From Dimargaris cristalligena (taxonomy: Eukaryota), in NCBI GenBank assembly GCA_003614675.1, contig ML002264.1, positions 1 to 53,796 of the forward strand: DNA of 53,796 bases, in the 5' to 3' direction. Under the pieces are notes generated by a model that did not search any database, had not been told where the DNA came from, and saw only the letters and a list, made by a program, of their open reading frames with translations. Both the position numbers and the translations under genes were made by a program. Below, in pieces: positions 24,166 to 37,501 of this stretch; the stretch's first letter is position 1, and the number at the start of each line of letters is the position of its first letter.

Positions 24166-25384
24166 ATGAAACTGTACCTTGCTGCCCTCGCGGTTCTGGT
24201 GCTAGGCCAGTTGGCGGATGTATCGGATGCCGCTTGCAGTCGTATTGCCATTCGTCGCGAGATTCGTAGCATCAGCCAACAGGAGCGCAACCGCTATTTC
24301 CGTGCCATCAAGACGCTCAACTCCGGCCCGCGTCCCAACGGCTACGACTACTTCACCCGCATGCACCTGGACTGGGCCTCGCGCTCGCACGGCGATGCCC
24401 GCTTCCTGCCCTGGCACCGCGTCTTCATCCGGGAGTTCGAAAAGGCCCTGCAGCGAATCGACCCCGGGGTGATTTTGCCCTACTGGGACTGGGCCCGTGA
24501 CGCCAACGACCCGGCCGGTAGTCCGGTTCTGTCAGCATCCCTCTACGGGTCCAACGGGGGAGCCGGAGGCTGTGTCAATGACGGCGCGTTTTCCGGCTGG
24601 CGGGTGTTCTATCCGGACGCTCGGATTCGTTGTCTGACCCGTAAATACGACGGCGGCAATCGCATTCAGCCGTGGTGGGGAACGGGTGCCATGAATAATC
24701 TAAAGAACACTTCGCCTAATTACGATAATTTCCGTCGCCGTATCGAGGGTCCTCACGGCAACGTGCATATTGGTATTGGCGGTGATTTTTCCCCCATGTG
24801 GAGTCCCAATGAGTAAGTCGGATATAATAACAATGCCAACCTATATTACCACTCTCCACCCCACTTACTAATCACTTAATTGTCTGGTGAGAGTTTGAGT
24901 TCCCCACAGAGTCTAACTATAATCTATCTGACTATGCCAATTTTTTTAAAAAAATTATCACCTCACCCACAGCCCCCTTTTCTGGCTCCACCATGCCTTC
25001 GTGGACAAATTGTGGTCGGAATGGCAGGCCCGTAGCGTCAACAACCTCCGTTCCTACGGTGGCGCTCATTCAGACGGCAGCCAGTCAGTCGCGAGTGAGC
25101 CGCTTGGACCGTTCGGGCGCACCGTTGGTTCATCACTTTCTACAATGGCTGACGACCTGTGCTACCGCTACGATTCCAACTCCTTCGCCGAGGAAATGGG
25201 TGTTTCCGAAGCCGCAGTGAACGGCACCGTGGTTGATGAAAACATTCCCCCGCCCCTTCCCGAATGGTGGATCCTGCATAACAAATTAAATGTTACTGAG
25301 ATCCGTGTCTTTGAGAAGCAGCTGGCTGATGGGGTGCTCACCGACCGTATCAAAGAGGCGGCAAGTCAATCCAATCCCCAATAA
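24166..25384 (+). CDS. Secreted tyrosinase / type-3 di-copper protein (~352 aa, 2 exons)
   Basis: Signal peptide MKLYLAALAVLVLGQLADVSDA; IRREIR; CuA region H..(S)HG...FLPWHR; LPYWDW; CuB region PHGNVH...SPNDPLFWLHHAFVD is restored by splicing intron 24813-24972 (GTAAGT...CACAG). Confidence 0.93.
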
Positions 25385-26275
25385 AAGGGGCCTGTAAGCC
25401 TGTGTACCAACATAATTGGTATTTAGACTCGTTATTATATTAAGCATTGTTTGGTTTCCAACGGTTGTTTTTTATAAAACACATATTCCTAGAATGCAGG
25501 CAATTTACTAGCGACAGTCTGAAATTAAGAGCTATGTAGTATAATACGTACTACCTTGGATTGAACGTACTTTGTGGGTGGTTTCTTATACAGGAATGGC
25601 GATTTTGCTGACGTAGCCACTCTAATAAAGACTGACGTGACATGGGTGTTGAATCTGTTCAGTCCCCTTGCCAATTACTCCGTACCGCCCCAAATATTCC
25701 CCTACTTTAATTACACCACTCTGCCCAAGCCCCTGAGGGTACAGGCAGGATATGTTTACGCAATCGCTAATGGTGCACTACACCCAAGTCCCCTGGGTGG
25801 GAGTGTACGCAAAACTAGAGTAGAAGGGGGCAGCAGGGTGATGGAAGACCGAAAGGAGGCATGATCGTTTGAAAGGGCTAGTGACATTGGTTTTTACAGG
25901 AATGCCAAATCCAGCCAACTGGTATCCGTACAGGTGCCTCTGGCTATCACAACGGCCTTCAATCCTCTGAAGTCGTTTTACAGACAATATAATGAGGCCG
26001 GATGCACTCCGCTGCCGCACAGAATATGTATGTCTCGTCGATTTAATAATAGTGTATATTTATCTTGGAACTGCGGAAATTCTAGCGCTTAGCCTATATT
26101 GATTGATTAGTTTTATCTTATTCACCAATGTTGAAGCATTTGTCATATAGCTTTAACGACATTACTATCATTTAATTTAAGACTTAGCGACTCGTTGCGA
26201 TCCAACACAGCCTATCTCTCATTTTTTTTGAATATACTTTGATTTTAGTTGCCTGTATTAATTTCAGACAAGAAC

Positions 26276-27496
26276 ATGGGCACCCACCTCCGTTCTATCT
26301 TTTTGGGTGTGATGGTGGTGGTTTGGTTCGTTTATTGTACAGCGTTTCCATCCAATGAAGCCAAGATAACCTTGCCCTTGGCCCCCCACACGTCGCAAAT
26401 CACTACCTACTACACCGGTTGTCGCCCCAACACTTTAGCCAGTCGGCAGCGGGCCCTTGCTCGCTACAACGTCCACCCACCTAACAGGCCGTATATATCG
26501 CGAGTGAGCATCGATGTTGTCAACTACCGCCACGATAGGGAGTATTACAATACCATTTCGATTGGCACCCCGCCCCAGAATTTCAAAGTGATGCTGGACA
26601 CTGGTTCCTCGGATGCCTGGGTTATTGGCCAGCAGTGTATTTCGCCCAACTGTAAATCGCACGCCACTTTCGATCCAGCTCAATCGGCTACGTTCCAGGC
26701 CGGGTCTCCTAACTGGCGCATGGAATACGGTGATCATTCGTTCGTGGGTGGGTTCATGGGCCGGGACACGATGAATTTGGGGGATAGTAGCCTTACCATC
26801 ACCAACCAGACCGTGGGGTTGGCCACATACCTTTCCAGTCAATTGAGTGACGATATTGTCGACGGTATTATTGGCCTGGCCAGTAAGAATCGGACGAACT
26901 CGGACTCGGTGATTGATGCCCTCATGTCCCAGAGATCCCCCCAAGACGCCCTCTTCGCCGTGTACTTTCCCCGGCACAGCTTGGCCACCCAGGGTGAGGT
27001 GACATTTGGCACGATTAAGCGAAGCCACTACCGGGACTCCTTGGTTTACGCGCCCCTTAGCCACCCCCGCTGGTGGCAGTTTCAGTTGGACCAAGCCACC
27101 TTTGGCTCGGCCTATTTCGGTCAGGGTGCACACTGTATCGTGGATACCGGAACCAATATCCTCATGCTCCCCGCGGAGGCCGCCAACATATTACACCAGC
27201 AGGTTCCCGGGGCCATCAACTCGGATTCCCTGGGATGGCTGGTACCGTGTAATACGCCTCAGAGGGTCTTTCACGGACTAGACTTCGTGATCCAAGGTCG
27301 GAGTCTGCGGGTGTCCATTGGCGACATTGTGATGGAGCCAACTCTAGAGGACCCCCAACTCTGTTATTCGGGTGTGGTGAGTGGGTCGGGGAAATGGATT
27401 CTGGGCACCACATTTCTCAAAAATGTATTTGTGGTATTTGATTATGGACAGAAACGGCTAGGTTTTGCGCCCATTAATAACCATGAGCTAATGTAA
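26276..27496 (+). CDS. Secreted pepsin-like (A1) aspartic protease
   Basis: Hydrophobic N-terminus, EYYNTISIGTPPQNFKVMLDTGSSDAWV, second catalytic motif IVDTGT, WILGTTFLKNVFVVFD..RLGFA. ATG at 26276. Confidence 0.95.
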   Translation: MGTHLRSIFLGVMVVVWFVYCTAFPSNEAKITLPLAPHTSQITTYYTGCRPNTLASRQRALARYNVHPPNRPYISRVSIDVVNYRHDREYYNTISIGTPPQNFKVMLDTGSSDAWVIGQQCISPNCKSHATFDPAQSATFQAGSPNWRMEYGDHSFVGGFMGRDTMNLGDSSLTITNQTVGLATYLSSQLSDDIVDGIIGLASKNRTNSDSVIDALMSQRSPQDALFAVYFPRHSLATQGEVTFGTIKRSHYRDSLVYAPLSHPRWWQFQLDQATFGSAYFGQGAHCIVDTGTNILMLPAEAANILHQQVPGAINSDSLGWLVPCNTPQRVFHGLDFVIQGRSLRVSIGDIVMEPTLEDPQLCYSGVVSGSGKWILGTTFLKNVFVVFDYGQKRLGFAPINNHELM

Positions 27497-30400
27497 GCGG
27501 ACTACTCTCTTCAACGATATCCTAAAACATCCAATGGAAACAACTATTACTATCCATATGTGTATATGCTTATCAATACAATGGTGTGAGGTGGTTCCAA
27601 TGCCTGTAAGTAATGTGCCTGATAAATAGGTTTTCCGAATTTCGATTTGATATTTTTATTAACCACCGTGCCACTACTCCCCACCTACCATTCCCATCAA
27701 CACCAGATCCCCAACCAACCTGTTCAGACTTTAACTGACAACTTCTACGAACACCACCTACTCCCTTGTCGCAATTGGATTGGCAAATTAGATATTCCAG
27801 TGCCGCCATTTAATTCATTCATAGTTTTGGGAATAAAATATACCCTATTCTCCCACAGGTTGAATATATCGTGATCTTTTTGGCAACTATTCATTCGGAC
27901 CATCGGCCTGGACACATATATTGTTTATTGGATATACAGTGCGGGATTGTTAGTTGATCCAGAGAGAACCAGGCCTGTGTAAATAATATGTTAGTTTAGG
28001 GGTGGTGTTTTTTAAATGCGTACTTTTGCAGCGAGCCACAGATATACTAAAATTGACTATCATCATTACAAACCCTACCTACATTTGTTCTATTGAAATG
28101 GCAACTACGCCCTTGGATCAAGAGCTCAGTGTAAGCCTCTATTGTTGTATCCCAGCGCTTACCAACGCGCCCTACTCGCCGCCACTATCAGGTTGGACAT
28201 TGCCCCAACCATCTAAATAATAGTTAACGCATACCATTTAACCCCCGGTCTCTTCCTCACACAACCAACGCTATATTTCCGTTATCTAGATACTATGGCA
28301 CTTTCTAGGTGACTTCCGCAATTCTCCTATAACACCCTGTCTGACTATATTTATGACTATAAACAAATCTATTAAGTGCCTAATCTAACCAAACGGGTAA
28401 CCCGGACATCACAAATTGTCAATGATGAAATGGCGATGTTTCATGCGTGTTGCACCGGTTCTACTTGATTTACGCCACCCCCACTCCCACCCACCTACTA
28501 AAGCAATACCGACTTTAGCTATGTTTACTGTAATGGGGGACTTGGACTAAATAATGTACTGCCACCTAATCATAGGGAAACCCCGACCGACCTTTCTACC
28601 AAATAATACCAATCTAAACACAATGGGATCGGGTTAACTCGGAATGTGCGAATTGATATATTCTGACATATATGGGGTCGGCGGATAACCCGGGAAATCG
28701 TATTAGCCCATGTGCCTTCTTTCCACGATATACTCCCCATGCGTGGCCAATACCGCAATGTATAGTTGCTGAATTCCCAATTCATTCAAGGCGTTATGCC
28801 GCTAGAGCGGTTAGATTATTCAACACTAGTTAACTTACCCAACCCCGACCTGTGCTACTAACCCATATTGTTTGGGCGGGGGAGGGGGGAGGGATGTTAA
28901 TGGGCGCAGTGAATGGATACCCCCCCCATCCACCCCGTGTTTTCACACCGCCTAATAAGTAGTACCATGTACCTATAATATCAAAAAGGTCAAGTCAAGA
29001 CGGTCCCATATAGCTGACAAATCCCAAGTAGCATCAACAAGGTTACACCAGACTCGACGAATCCACCAATAGGTACATCCAATAAATGTATCAAATGTGG
29101 GCCAGAGGCCTTAGAGTGTAGTTTGAAATACCCCCAACCCCACTAGTATTATTCAAAGTAAAGGAAACGTGGAAGGTCAACTATTCAACGTGGGGTAGCG
29201 GAAGACGAGCTGCGTAATAGGCCATTTTCGTCCACGATACGTGTGTACCGAGCTCGGTGTTCCATTCAAAGGTAACGCTAGTCGTCCTCTCTTATAGGAC
29301 CTACTTCCACGTCCCCGCACCTTGGCTAATTCATGGTGGCTTGGTCATTTATATCCAGTGGCCGAATAAAGCTATTGTCCGATGAACCGTGCAAAGCTGG
29401 AATATGCCGGATAGAGAGCCATTAGAAGCCCATTCTCAGATGTAATTCGGTGTATTTGGCGAATGGCCAACTTAGAGACCACCGCGTTTTAAAAAGAAGC
29501 GCGATACAATCCATCGGTATGGTCTACCAATGAATTCGAGGAGCGAATGGCCCCATGGCAGTGCCACAATGCCCCGCTTTGAACGGTCCTGCACCCGTAG
29601 GCTCGGGTTTTTAGGATAAGGCCCCGTAGCCCAGCTACATATTATTGACGCACCCTTCCGATTTGGGATGGCCTATCAATATGCAGCGGGCGCCCGCCAA
29701 TAATGCCTAGAGCAATGCAGCCGCTCTTTCCGCTAATCTAGTAGGGGATGAGTTGCGATACGGGTCGCACAAATGCCACCGTTGCCCTACTTTGCCCATT
29801 ACACACCCACGGATGGCCCTCCACTCTTGTGTGTAGACCATACCCTTTGCACCCGCCAAGCCGGTCCATTGTTCTTTAGGTCCTAACTCTCCTTTCTCCT
29901 CCCCCCCTCCCTCACCGACCTTCTTTCCACCTTTGCCCCCTTTACTCGCCTTGGCGTATAGCCGCGCGCGGACCAACCCCAATTTGAAACTGTATCCAGT
30001 GCCGTACCAGCGGTCCTACGTGGAGAAAGTTTAGCACTACCAGCCGTTGGCTAAATGACTGGGTTTCCGAGCCCAACCTCTCCCTATCTAATGCTTTGCC
30101 CATTGACACGCCTTGGTCGATATTTGCAACGGTCTTTTCCTTGCTCTAGATGTCGAAAATAATTCTATGAAAATTAGCCCAGTTCCAATGGTAGGCAAAA
30201 TGGCGGCAGTGCCCGAATATACGTGTAAAATATCAAAACACCCAAAGACTTATAAGCCGAAAGGGTACACAGGTGCAACCTGGCCTTTTTTACCCACCAA
30301 ATGGTGGCTTGAAGCAAAAGAGAAGAAAAACAAGGAATCGAAGGAAGGGCAGGCGGGGGCAAGTAACAGTGATGGTATTGGGAAAAAAATATAAGGTGTA

Positions 30401-30770
30401 ATTGGGCATATAAAATCGGTTGATGACCCCCGCCCCTCTAGAACTACGTCTATCTACTTCGCATCGCCCGTTTACTTTCCACTGCGCTTCTACCCTAACC
30501 CTTTTTAAATGATCCCGGGGCCCATATATATTGTATACAAACGGAAACGAAGTAGCACCTTCTCTATACACTTTCTCACCTCTCCGGCGTTTCTTTAACT
30601 AGCCCTCTGCTGCATCAAAATCCCTTACATCGGGTATTTACATTTTATTCCCTCACCGTTGGTTCCGAGGAATCCTTTATATTATCGTTTGGTATTTAAC
30701 TGCGTAGGTTTTCTATCCATCACCATTTCTATTTCTACTTCTATAAATTATACTGAGGACGGCTGACACT

Positions 30771-31277
30771 ATGGAGTCGCTATCTCGGTACTTGTGTTGG
30801 GTAATTCTCCTGGCTTCAATATGCTACTACGTCCAAGCCAAACACCCATGCCTCAGCACCCTCGAATGTGTCCACCTACGCCCCGACTGCGTTGACGAAT
30901 GCGTTGACGTTAAGGCTCGGTTCCACCTCAAGTACCAGCGGTGTATCGCGCGCTGTAACGACAAGGCCGAAAAAAACTATTCACCCCCCCCTAAAGTGAA
31001 GGACGGCCAAGCCAACAGCAACGACAAGGAACCGGAAATGGATGTATGTTCGCTCCAGTGTATCAAAAAATTTATATTTTTGGTCGAGACCCTTGACCCG
31101 CACTTTGAAGACGACCCATATTCTTCAACCCATAGTATGGATCAGGAGAGTTACGCCAGTGATGAACAACTTGGCTTTGGCAACTCAACGATTATTAGCC
31201 AGGCGACGGCTACTCGTACAAATCACCCCGCTCTGGTTATGACGATAGCTGGTTTACTACTGACTCAATTGGCTTAA
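30771..31277 (+). CDS. Small secreted Cys-rich protein, possibly GPI-anchored (168 aa)
   Basis: Signal peptide MESLSRYLCWVILLASICYYVQA, 8 Cys in the mature part including three CX3C pairs, S/T-rich linker, hydrophobic C-terminus PALVMTIAGLLLTQLA. Confidence 0.75.
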   Translation: MESLSRYLCWVILLASICYYVQAKHPCLSTLECVHLRPDCVDECVDVKARFHLKYQRCIARCNDKAEKNYSPPPKVKDGQANSNDKEPEMDVCSLQCIKKFIFLVETLDPHFEDDPYSSTHSMDQESYASDEQLGFGNSTIISQATATRTNHPALVMTIAGLLLTQLA

Positions 31278-31867
31278 CCAACGTCGCATCCATTTGAAAG
31301 ACAGCGACACCAGTTGATGGTTTCGCCAAAATTACATCTCCCCTAAAATGCGGCTCACGGCCCATTTTATAAGAAACAGCATGAATTGCTACATTCTTGT
31401 TGCCCTCACATCCATACTTTCATTTTCATGATTTCCCCTTCATTTATCACTGTAATATAAATAATAAAAGACATTCACGCCCAATCAACACACTAATTGC
31501 GGTTTAAACGAGTGTCCGTAAACATGCTACGAGTCGGGGGTATATAGAAATAGCGAATGATGTTTATCAAAATAAAACAGTAATCAACTAAAGGAAGAAA
31601 ACCAAAGGATTTCACCCCAGTCCACACCATGGCCCATTCCTGGTGAACGATATGGGGCCCAGATATAAGCCAGGACTGTATTGTGGGTGAATCTAAAGAA
31701 GCAAATAATGAGACTATTGGTCGACAATGGCACCGGATAAAAACAAGGAAGTAAGGGCAAGCGCTGGCCAGATGCATCAGGCTATGGATGTAGTCAACGC
31801 CGCCGGTACTAGGTGACATTGAGACGCGAGACCTCCATCGATCTAGGAGGGATCCGACAGAGTAGGC

Positions 31868-32561
31868 TTATTTCAGGGCAGCGAAGATCTTGGGGGCAGC
31901 CTGGTAACAGAGTGTGTGTAAACAATATATAGATTGATCGATATAGATTAAATAGGGGAGTTAGGCTAAGGGCGGGAAATGGCCTCACGCATATATTAGG
32001 GCGGAGAAGAACTAATCCGCCATGGAAATCATTGCCGGGGTGGGCCCAATCTACGCAGCCAGATACCAAAAACTCAAAAGGCCAACCAGCCGTCCGAGGT
32101 AGATTAAACTACCATTGCAAAGTCATCCGTAAAGGTGTATTCCACCAGACGGCGGGGCACTTACACAGTCATCGACACAGTGTTGAAGGTGGAAAAACTC
32201 CTCAACGCAGTTCTCGTCGGAACCGTTTTCCACGCGGGCCGTGCACTCTTCGAGGTGCTTCTTCATAGGCTGGCAGGCTTTGGTGTCGGAGCAGGCTAAA
32301 GGGGGTAATTGACCGGGAAGTTGGACCAAGAAAAAAAGGGGTGGGTTAGAGTTGAGTGGCCTGGGGGGTTTAGTAGAAGGGTCTGGGGAGGCTTCAATGC
32401 ACGTCTAGAAGGATATATGCTATTTATTAGGCCGTACCTTCTTGAATGACGGGCATGGCGTCCTCGATTTCGACTTCCTCTTCTTCCTCAACCACGACGA
32501 CTTCGGCATCGCAGTGAACGGTCACGAACAGGGTATCTTTGATGAGATCGAAAATGGACAT
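31868..32561 (-). CDS. QCR6: Cytochrome bc1 complex subunit 6 (hinge protein; ~95 aa, 3 exons)
   Basis: Exons 32561-32438, 32295-32165 and 31900-31868 with GT-AG junctions give MSIFDLIKD...EEEEEVEIEDAMPVIQEACSDTKACQPMKKHLEECTARVENGSDENCVEEFFHLQHCVDDCAAPKIFAALK*. Confidence 0.95.
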
Positions 32562-35044
32562 GGTAAATATAAATTTATAAAGAGGAGGGGCTGTGGCGTG
32601 ACGATCAGGGAGACTTTACGGGGGAAAAAGGAACTCGAAATAAATAAAAGGACGAAAGGATCAATGGACACAGTAGGGATGAAAGAGGTGCTGTGAGTGG
32701 AAAAGTGAATTTGGCAGACAACGGTTGGGCTGTGGGCTGGATTCGTGGCGGTCTTGAATCCCTCCTAACCCTAACCACATGTCCCACCTAGTAGTCGTTA
32801 TCCCCAAACTCAAGACACCTACATAGTTTAGGCTGGGTGCCCTGTCTATAGTGGGCGAGATAACGAGGTTCAGTTGGGGATGGGTAGGCCTATAGTATAG
32901 TAAGTAAATCGATAATACATGTATGGCCAAGCAAGACACGCTCCTCATCCTCCCCTCTCCCAACCGTCACACACCTGCCTCTCCGAGTCACGTGTGCATT
33001 TGTTGGAAGGGGGAGGGGGGTTAATTAGGTTGGGCTAGAGCCTAATGTACAACACCCGTCTATATTAATTACCACTATGGTTGCTGTTAGTTCGCACAGG
33101 AGAAAGACTCCGACGTTGATTTTGGCGGATATACCCGCCTCGTTTAATTAGAATCCCGCGACAAAATGCCATTAGCATTAGCGCCAGGCCTAATTATCAT
33201 CTTTCTATTTCAATAACAATACGGGCTACGCTTAAAATTCGCCATTACATGGGGGGGGTGCCTCCCGCAGTGGCTATGGTTTCAGCGTGCGATTGAGGAT
33301 GGGGGTGGTGCGGCGGTCTTAAGGGGCTACGACTGATTCCGGCCCGATTTACTCACTCCTCTTCGCCCTTCCCCACTACATCATCGTCGCACTCTGGTCC
33401 AATGATCAACACACTATGTAATGAACCAAAGGGAGGGGGGGTGTAAATAGGAAAAGGCGCTCTGAATGCACTTCCCACAAGCCCAATCATCCACGGCGAA
33501 TGGAGCGGGTCACTGCATAAATAGCCCCCCCCTCCCCTGACCCTCTGACAACCTTACAATCCATTCAAGCCTTTTGGCTTTGATCATGTGTAGTATCTGT
33601 TCTTTGTAGTTTGACGACTACAACGGGGCCCTAGGCCCCATTATCGTCATTACTATTTTTGATCTCACTTGGGTTCGGGAAGTTCCTGCTTGCACACTTC
33701 CTACCCTCGGGTGTCCCTGACGTTGCACTTACTGCCAGGTGACGCCCACCCCTTTTTCTAACAAAATTAATCAAATACCATATATAACTACACAATTTAA
33801 ATTAAACCGTAATGCCAATGAATCATTGTTAATTTACACCCATGGGTGTTTATTTCTATATCCTGATATTTTAGTAGCGCACCCTAGCGAAGAGTCAGTT
33901 TATCCACCACGCTTCTAAAAACCCCAGCGGGGTGTAGCCTGAAACCTCCTCCCCCTTTAAGGTGGTGTTTGGGTGATGGATATAATACCACCTCAAATAA
34001 TAATGGATTTGTATGAAGCACCTTAGCGTGATTTGGAGGAGTTCCTGACCTGGTCGAGTTTGCAGGTGACCACTTGTAATACCACACTATCCTTACTTTC
34101 ACCTTCGTTTCGTTGAACAACTCCCCTTTCAGCCAGCTCGCCGGCTCCGAGAAAAGGGGAGATAAGCGGCGTACTATGAAATTCTTAGTACCTGATGGGC
34201 AGTAGTGTGCCTTATTGCCACCAGCGGGGGTTACACGGTTGGGTGCGTCCTCGTGCCCCTACTTGGTGGGGGTTTCCTTCCACTTGGCTGGGCACCGTCC
34301 CTTTTTCGTTTAGGCCTTAAGCAGGACGCGAGTATCCTCGATCCAACAGGTCCTTAATATGTGGGGAGTTTTCAATAATAGCGCTGGGTTTTTTCTACCA
34401 CCGCCCCGTCTGGTGCGGCCGATGGCCCTGTCACCGGGCTCGTACAAACGACTATCCGGAGTGACGTTGGGAGGCCAACGAGACGGGTTGATTGGCTAGA
34501 GACCTCAAGAGCGGCTGTATGGCATGGATATTGTCCAACGTTGGCGGCGCAAGAGACCAAAACTCCCTTTTTCCCTTGCTTCTCCCCCCCGTTGCTAGTA
34601 GGGCGATACAGAGCCAGCTCTAGGAATTAACCGTATTATGGACATGGCCATTGTGGCTGTATCTGTGTGTCTGCTGTGCCTGAGACGCCGCGGCCTTTTT
34701 TTCTTCCGCCTATATTCCCCTCCCTACTCGCGCGTTTTAGATGTTGACTATGTGGACATCCTTGCGCATAGCCCCCCCCCCCATACGCCCATTGCGCATA
34801 CATTCAAAATATACCCCACCCCTGTCTCTCCCTCCTCCCCTTCCCCACCACCCAATATTTATGCTCCGTTTGCCCCAGCCCCACCCGCCTGGCATTCCTT
34901 ACTTAGCTTCTTCGTTCTTGGCATTCCTTCGTCTTGCTTAGTTTCTTTCTTATTCTTCCTCTTTAACGCACTTTCCTTCATCTCTTTTACTACTAGACTT
35001 CCCTTTAGTTTTTTATCGCCCCTGCTTCTCCATACTCCGTCAAC

Positions 35045-35743
35045 ATGTCCGTCAGTGAATACTGCCCCGTCTACGCGCCCTTCTTCTCCGTCATGGGCTG
35101 CACCACCGCCATCGTCTTCAGCAGTAAGTTATCGGCTTCTCGTTCGCTAAAGCTTTATGGTTTTCCTCGCCTGCTCGTTCATCCAACTCCTTCGTTAGTC
35201 GATCCAACTCAATCCACGACGTGGCTTTATATGCACCCCTTCCTTCCATCTGGTGCATTCCACACTGCTATTTCAGCCCCACTAACCACTCTACTCTATA
35301 CCCTCTCAATATTACCTTACTCTCCTTATCCAGGCTTCGGCGCCGCCTACGGTACCGCCAAGTCCGGTGTGGGTGTGAACGCCATGGGTATCCTCCGCCC
35401 CGACCTGGCCATTAAGTCCGTCGTCCCCGTGGTCATGGCTGGTATCATTGCCATTTACGGTCTGGTCGTGTCCGTCCTGATTTCCGGCAAGCTGAGCGCC
35501 AAGATGCCCCTGTACACTGGTTTGGTGCAGTTCGGCGCCGGTCTGAGCGTGGGTCTGAGTGGCCTGGCCGCCGGTTTCTCGATTGGTGTGGTGGGTGACG
35601 CCGGCGTTCGTGCTACTGCCCAGCAGCCCCGTCTGTTCGTGACCATGATTTTGATTCTGATTTTCGCCGAAGTGTTGGGTCTGTACGGTTTGATTGTCGG
35701 GCTTATCCTCAATACCAAGGCCGACGGTGACATCAAGTGCTAA
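35045..35743 (+). CDS. VMA3: V-type H+-ATPase 16-kDa proteolipid subunit c (~162 aa, 2 exons)
   Basis: [18 protein letters not shown]...[10 protein letters not shown]...[13 protein letters not shown]...[26 protein letters not shown]. Intron 35124-35333 (GTAAGT...ATCCAG). Confidence 0.96.
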   Translation: MSVSEYCPVYAPFFSVMGCTTAIVFSSKLSASRSLKLYGFPRLLVHPTPSLVDPTQSTTWLYMHPFLPSGAFHTAISAPLTTLLYTLSILPYSPYPGFGAAYGTAKSGVGVNAMGILRPDLAIKSVVPVVMAGIIAIYGLVVSVLISGKLSAKMPLYTGLVQFGAGLSVGLSGLAAGFSIGVVGDAGVRATAQQPRLFVTMILILIFAEVLGLYGLIVGLILNTKADGDIKC

Positions 35744-37501
35744 GTTAGCGTCCCTATCCTGCTGGACACCTCCCTACCCACCTTCTCTTCTGCCGGGGTC
35801 ATTTAGTATTGTCCTCAAATGGTTAAGTTCTATCATTGTTGACGTATGTGCGACTGAACCCCGGCGTTCTTCGCCGTCGATTTCTTGGCCCATTATCGTT
35901 CTCTTCCAAAATCGTTTCCTATAAACCCTTATTCCAATCTACACCGATACTCTCCCGTGTATTTGACTCTCCTCTATCCTTCCAGTCTTCGGTTTTGTTT
36001 ATCACTCCACCATCTGTATTGTTTCCTTTTTATGCTTTTACTCTGTACTGCCGGTCTTTGGGCTGTAACCGCGCAACAATGTCTCCCCCCTCCATATCAC
36101 TGCCCCCTTTCTCTATAACACAGGTTATCTAAATGGACGGCATTATTTCTGGGAGGTTGTCTCTTTTATTATTTATGTCACTTCCCTATTCCGCTTCTGT
36201 TTTTCTTTGATTTCCGCTCAACGCTCTACAGATCCCCATTGGGTTTCCCTTTAGCCTCCTGTGACCTTCCGTTGGTCCTCTTTATTTTTGAGCAATAAAA
36301 TATACCTTGAGCTATATGCACACGCGGCTGTTTGGCCATCAACGAGTGTTTTTAGGAGGTTGCTGTCAATGGCATAAGCACGGGAGTGGAAAACCAAATC
36401 CCTCTTCTATGTACCAGTAAACCGAGTAGGATAGGCTGTGAACGCAGTAGTGGCCACTATCTCCACAAGTATTTTAAAATCACCTGCAAGAGCCTAAACG
36501 CCCTCTGGGACTCATATTGCTCGGTTCTCGGGAACTGCCCCATTTAATACAATACTAGCATTGTTCATGTATGTTTATATATATATATTTGGTGGTGGCA
36601 TGAAATGGGCAATTGATTGGTGTGTGGGTATTATATATGCACTCTTTCTCTCAGTTAAACGAGCTCAACGAAAGCCCCTCCCAGTAACGGTTAATTGAGA
36701 TCGTGTGGTAACTAGGGGAGAAATTGAAGTGGCTGGCAGTAGGCTGGGTGGCGGTGATGAGGCAGGCTCCTTCGAAGTGGTTCGTGGATGATCATTACAT
36801 AATGATACGTCCCCACCTCCCATTGGTGGATTGCGGCCAACGAGGGGGGCCGGTGGGAATATTTTTTAGTCCACCAGGCCTAGTGGGTCAGTATATATAG
36901 ACCGCCATTTGCCTTCACCGTCCCCGTCGGCCCTTGGCTTTGCCCTCTATTCTCCGCAGGCCTTGTGAGTGAGTGTGCGTAAATGAGGGAGGAGTATATA
37001 GTAGTGGTATGGGTTGGGTGAAGTTGGGTGTGGGTTTTTTTCCACCTACCCACACCTTCCCTTACTAAGCCAGCCACAAGATGAGAGACATGCTTGAATC
37101 TTGCCCAAGTCCACTACTCTTCAATTCCTTAATCGTTTCGCTTCGCTTTGTTCCGTACCCCTTCCCTTCAACCTCTGTCTTGTATTCACGTTGGTCCTCC
37201 CTTCCTCTACTCTACACCGAAAACGGCCTTTACCTTCCACAGGTGGCCTCTACCTCGAAACGCCCCGTTCCCGATACGCCCAACTAAGCATAAGCCTACC
37301 AAATCCAGTGGCCCATACCGCCCGCCTCGTCCAGTCTTTTAGTTAGACTCCGCACACGTATTCGGACTTGTCATCGGGACTTCCCGTCGAAACGCTCTTC
37401 CTCACATACTGGCTCAGCGGCCTCGTATACACACACATACACACGCACCTTCCATTGCCTTGATAAGTCCACCCAGTTATTTCTAGTCGAACTTTTCCAT
37501 C

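Noticed and set aside
26435-27133. 232-aa minus-strand ORF
   Set aside because: Antisense to the well-supported aspartic protease, with no motifs.
30113-30394. Lys-rich 93-aa ORF upstream of the Cys-rich gene
   Set aside because: No recognisable family or splice structure. It lies in promoter-like sequence.
32765-32776. Telomere-like CTAACCCTAACC (similar TTAGGGTTAG near 21086)
   Set aside because: Only about two units, which is too short to distinguish from chance or a generic promoter element.
33606-33640. Two small adjacent hairpins (TTGTAGT...ACTACAA; GGGGCC-CTA-GGCCCC)
   Set aside because: Short stems expected by chance in 54 kb. No second copy or associated element was seen.
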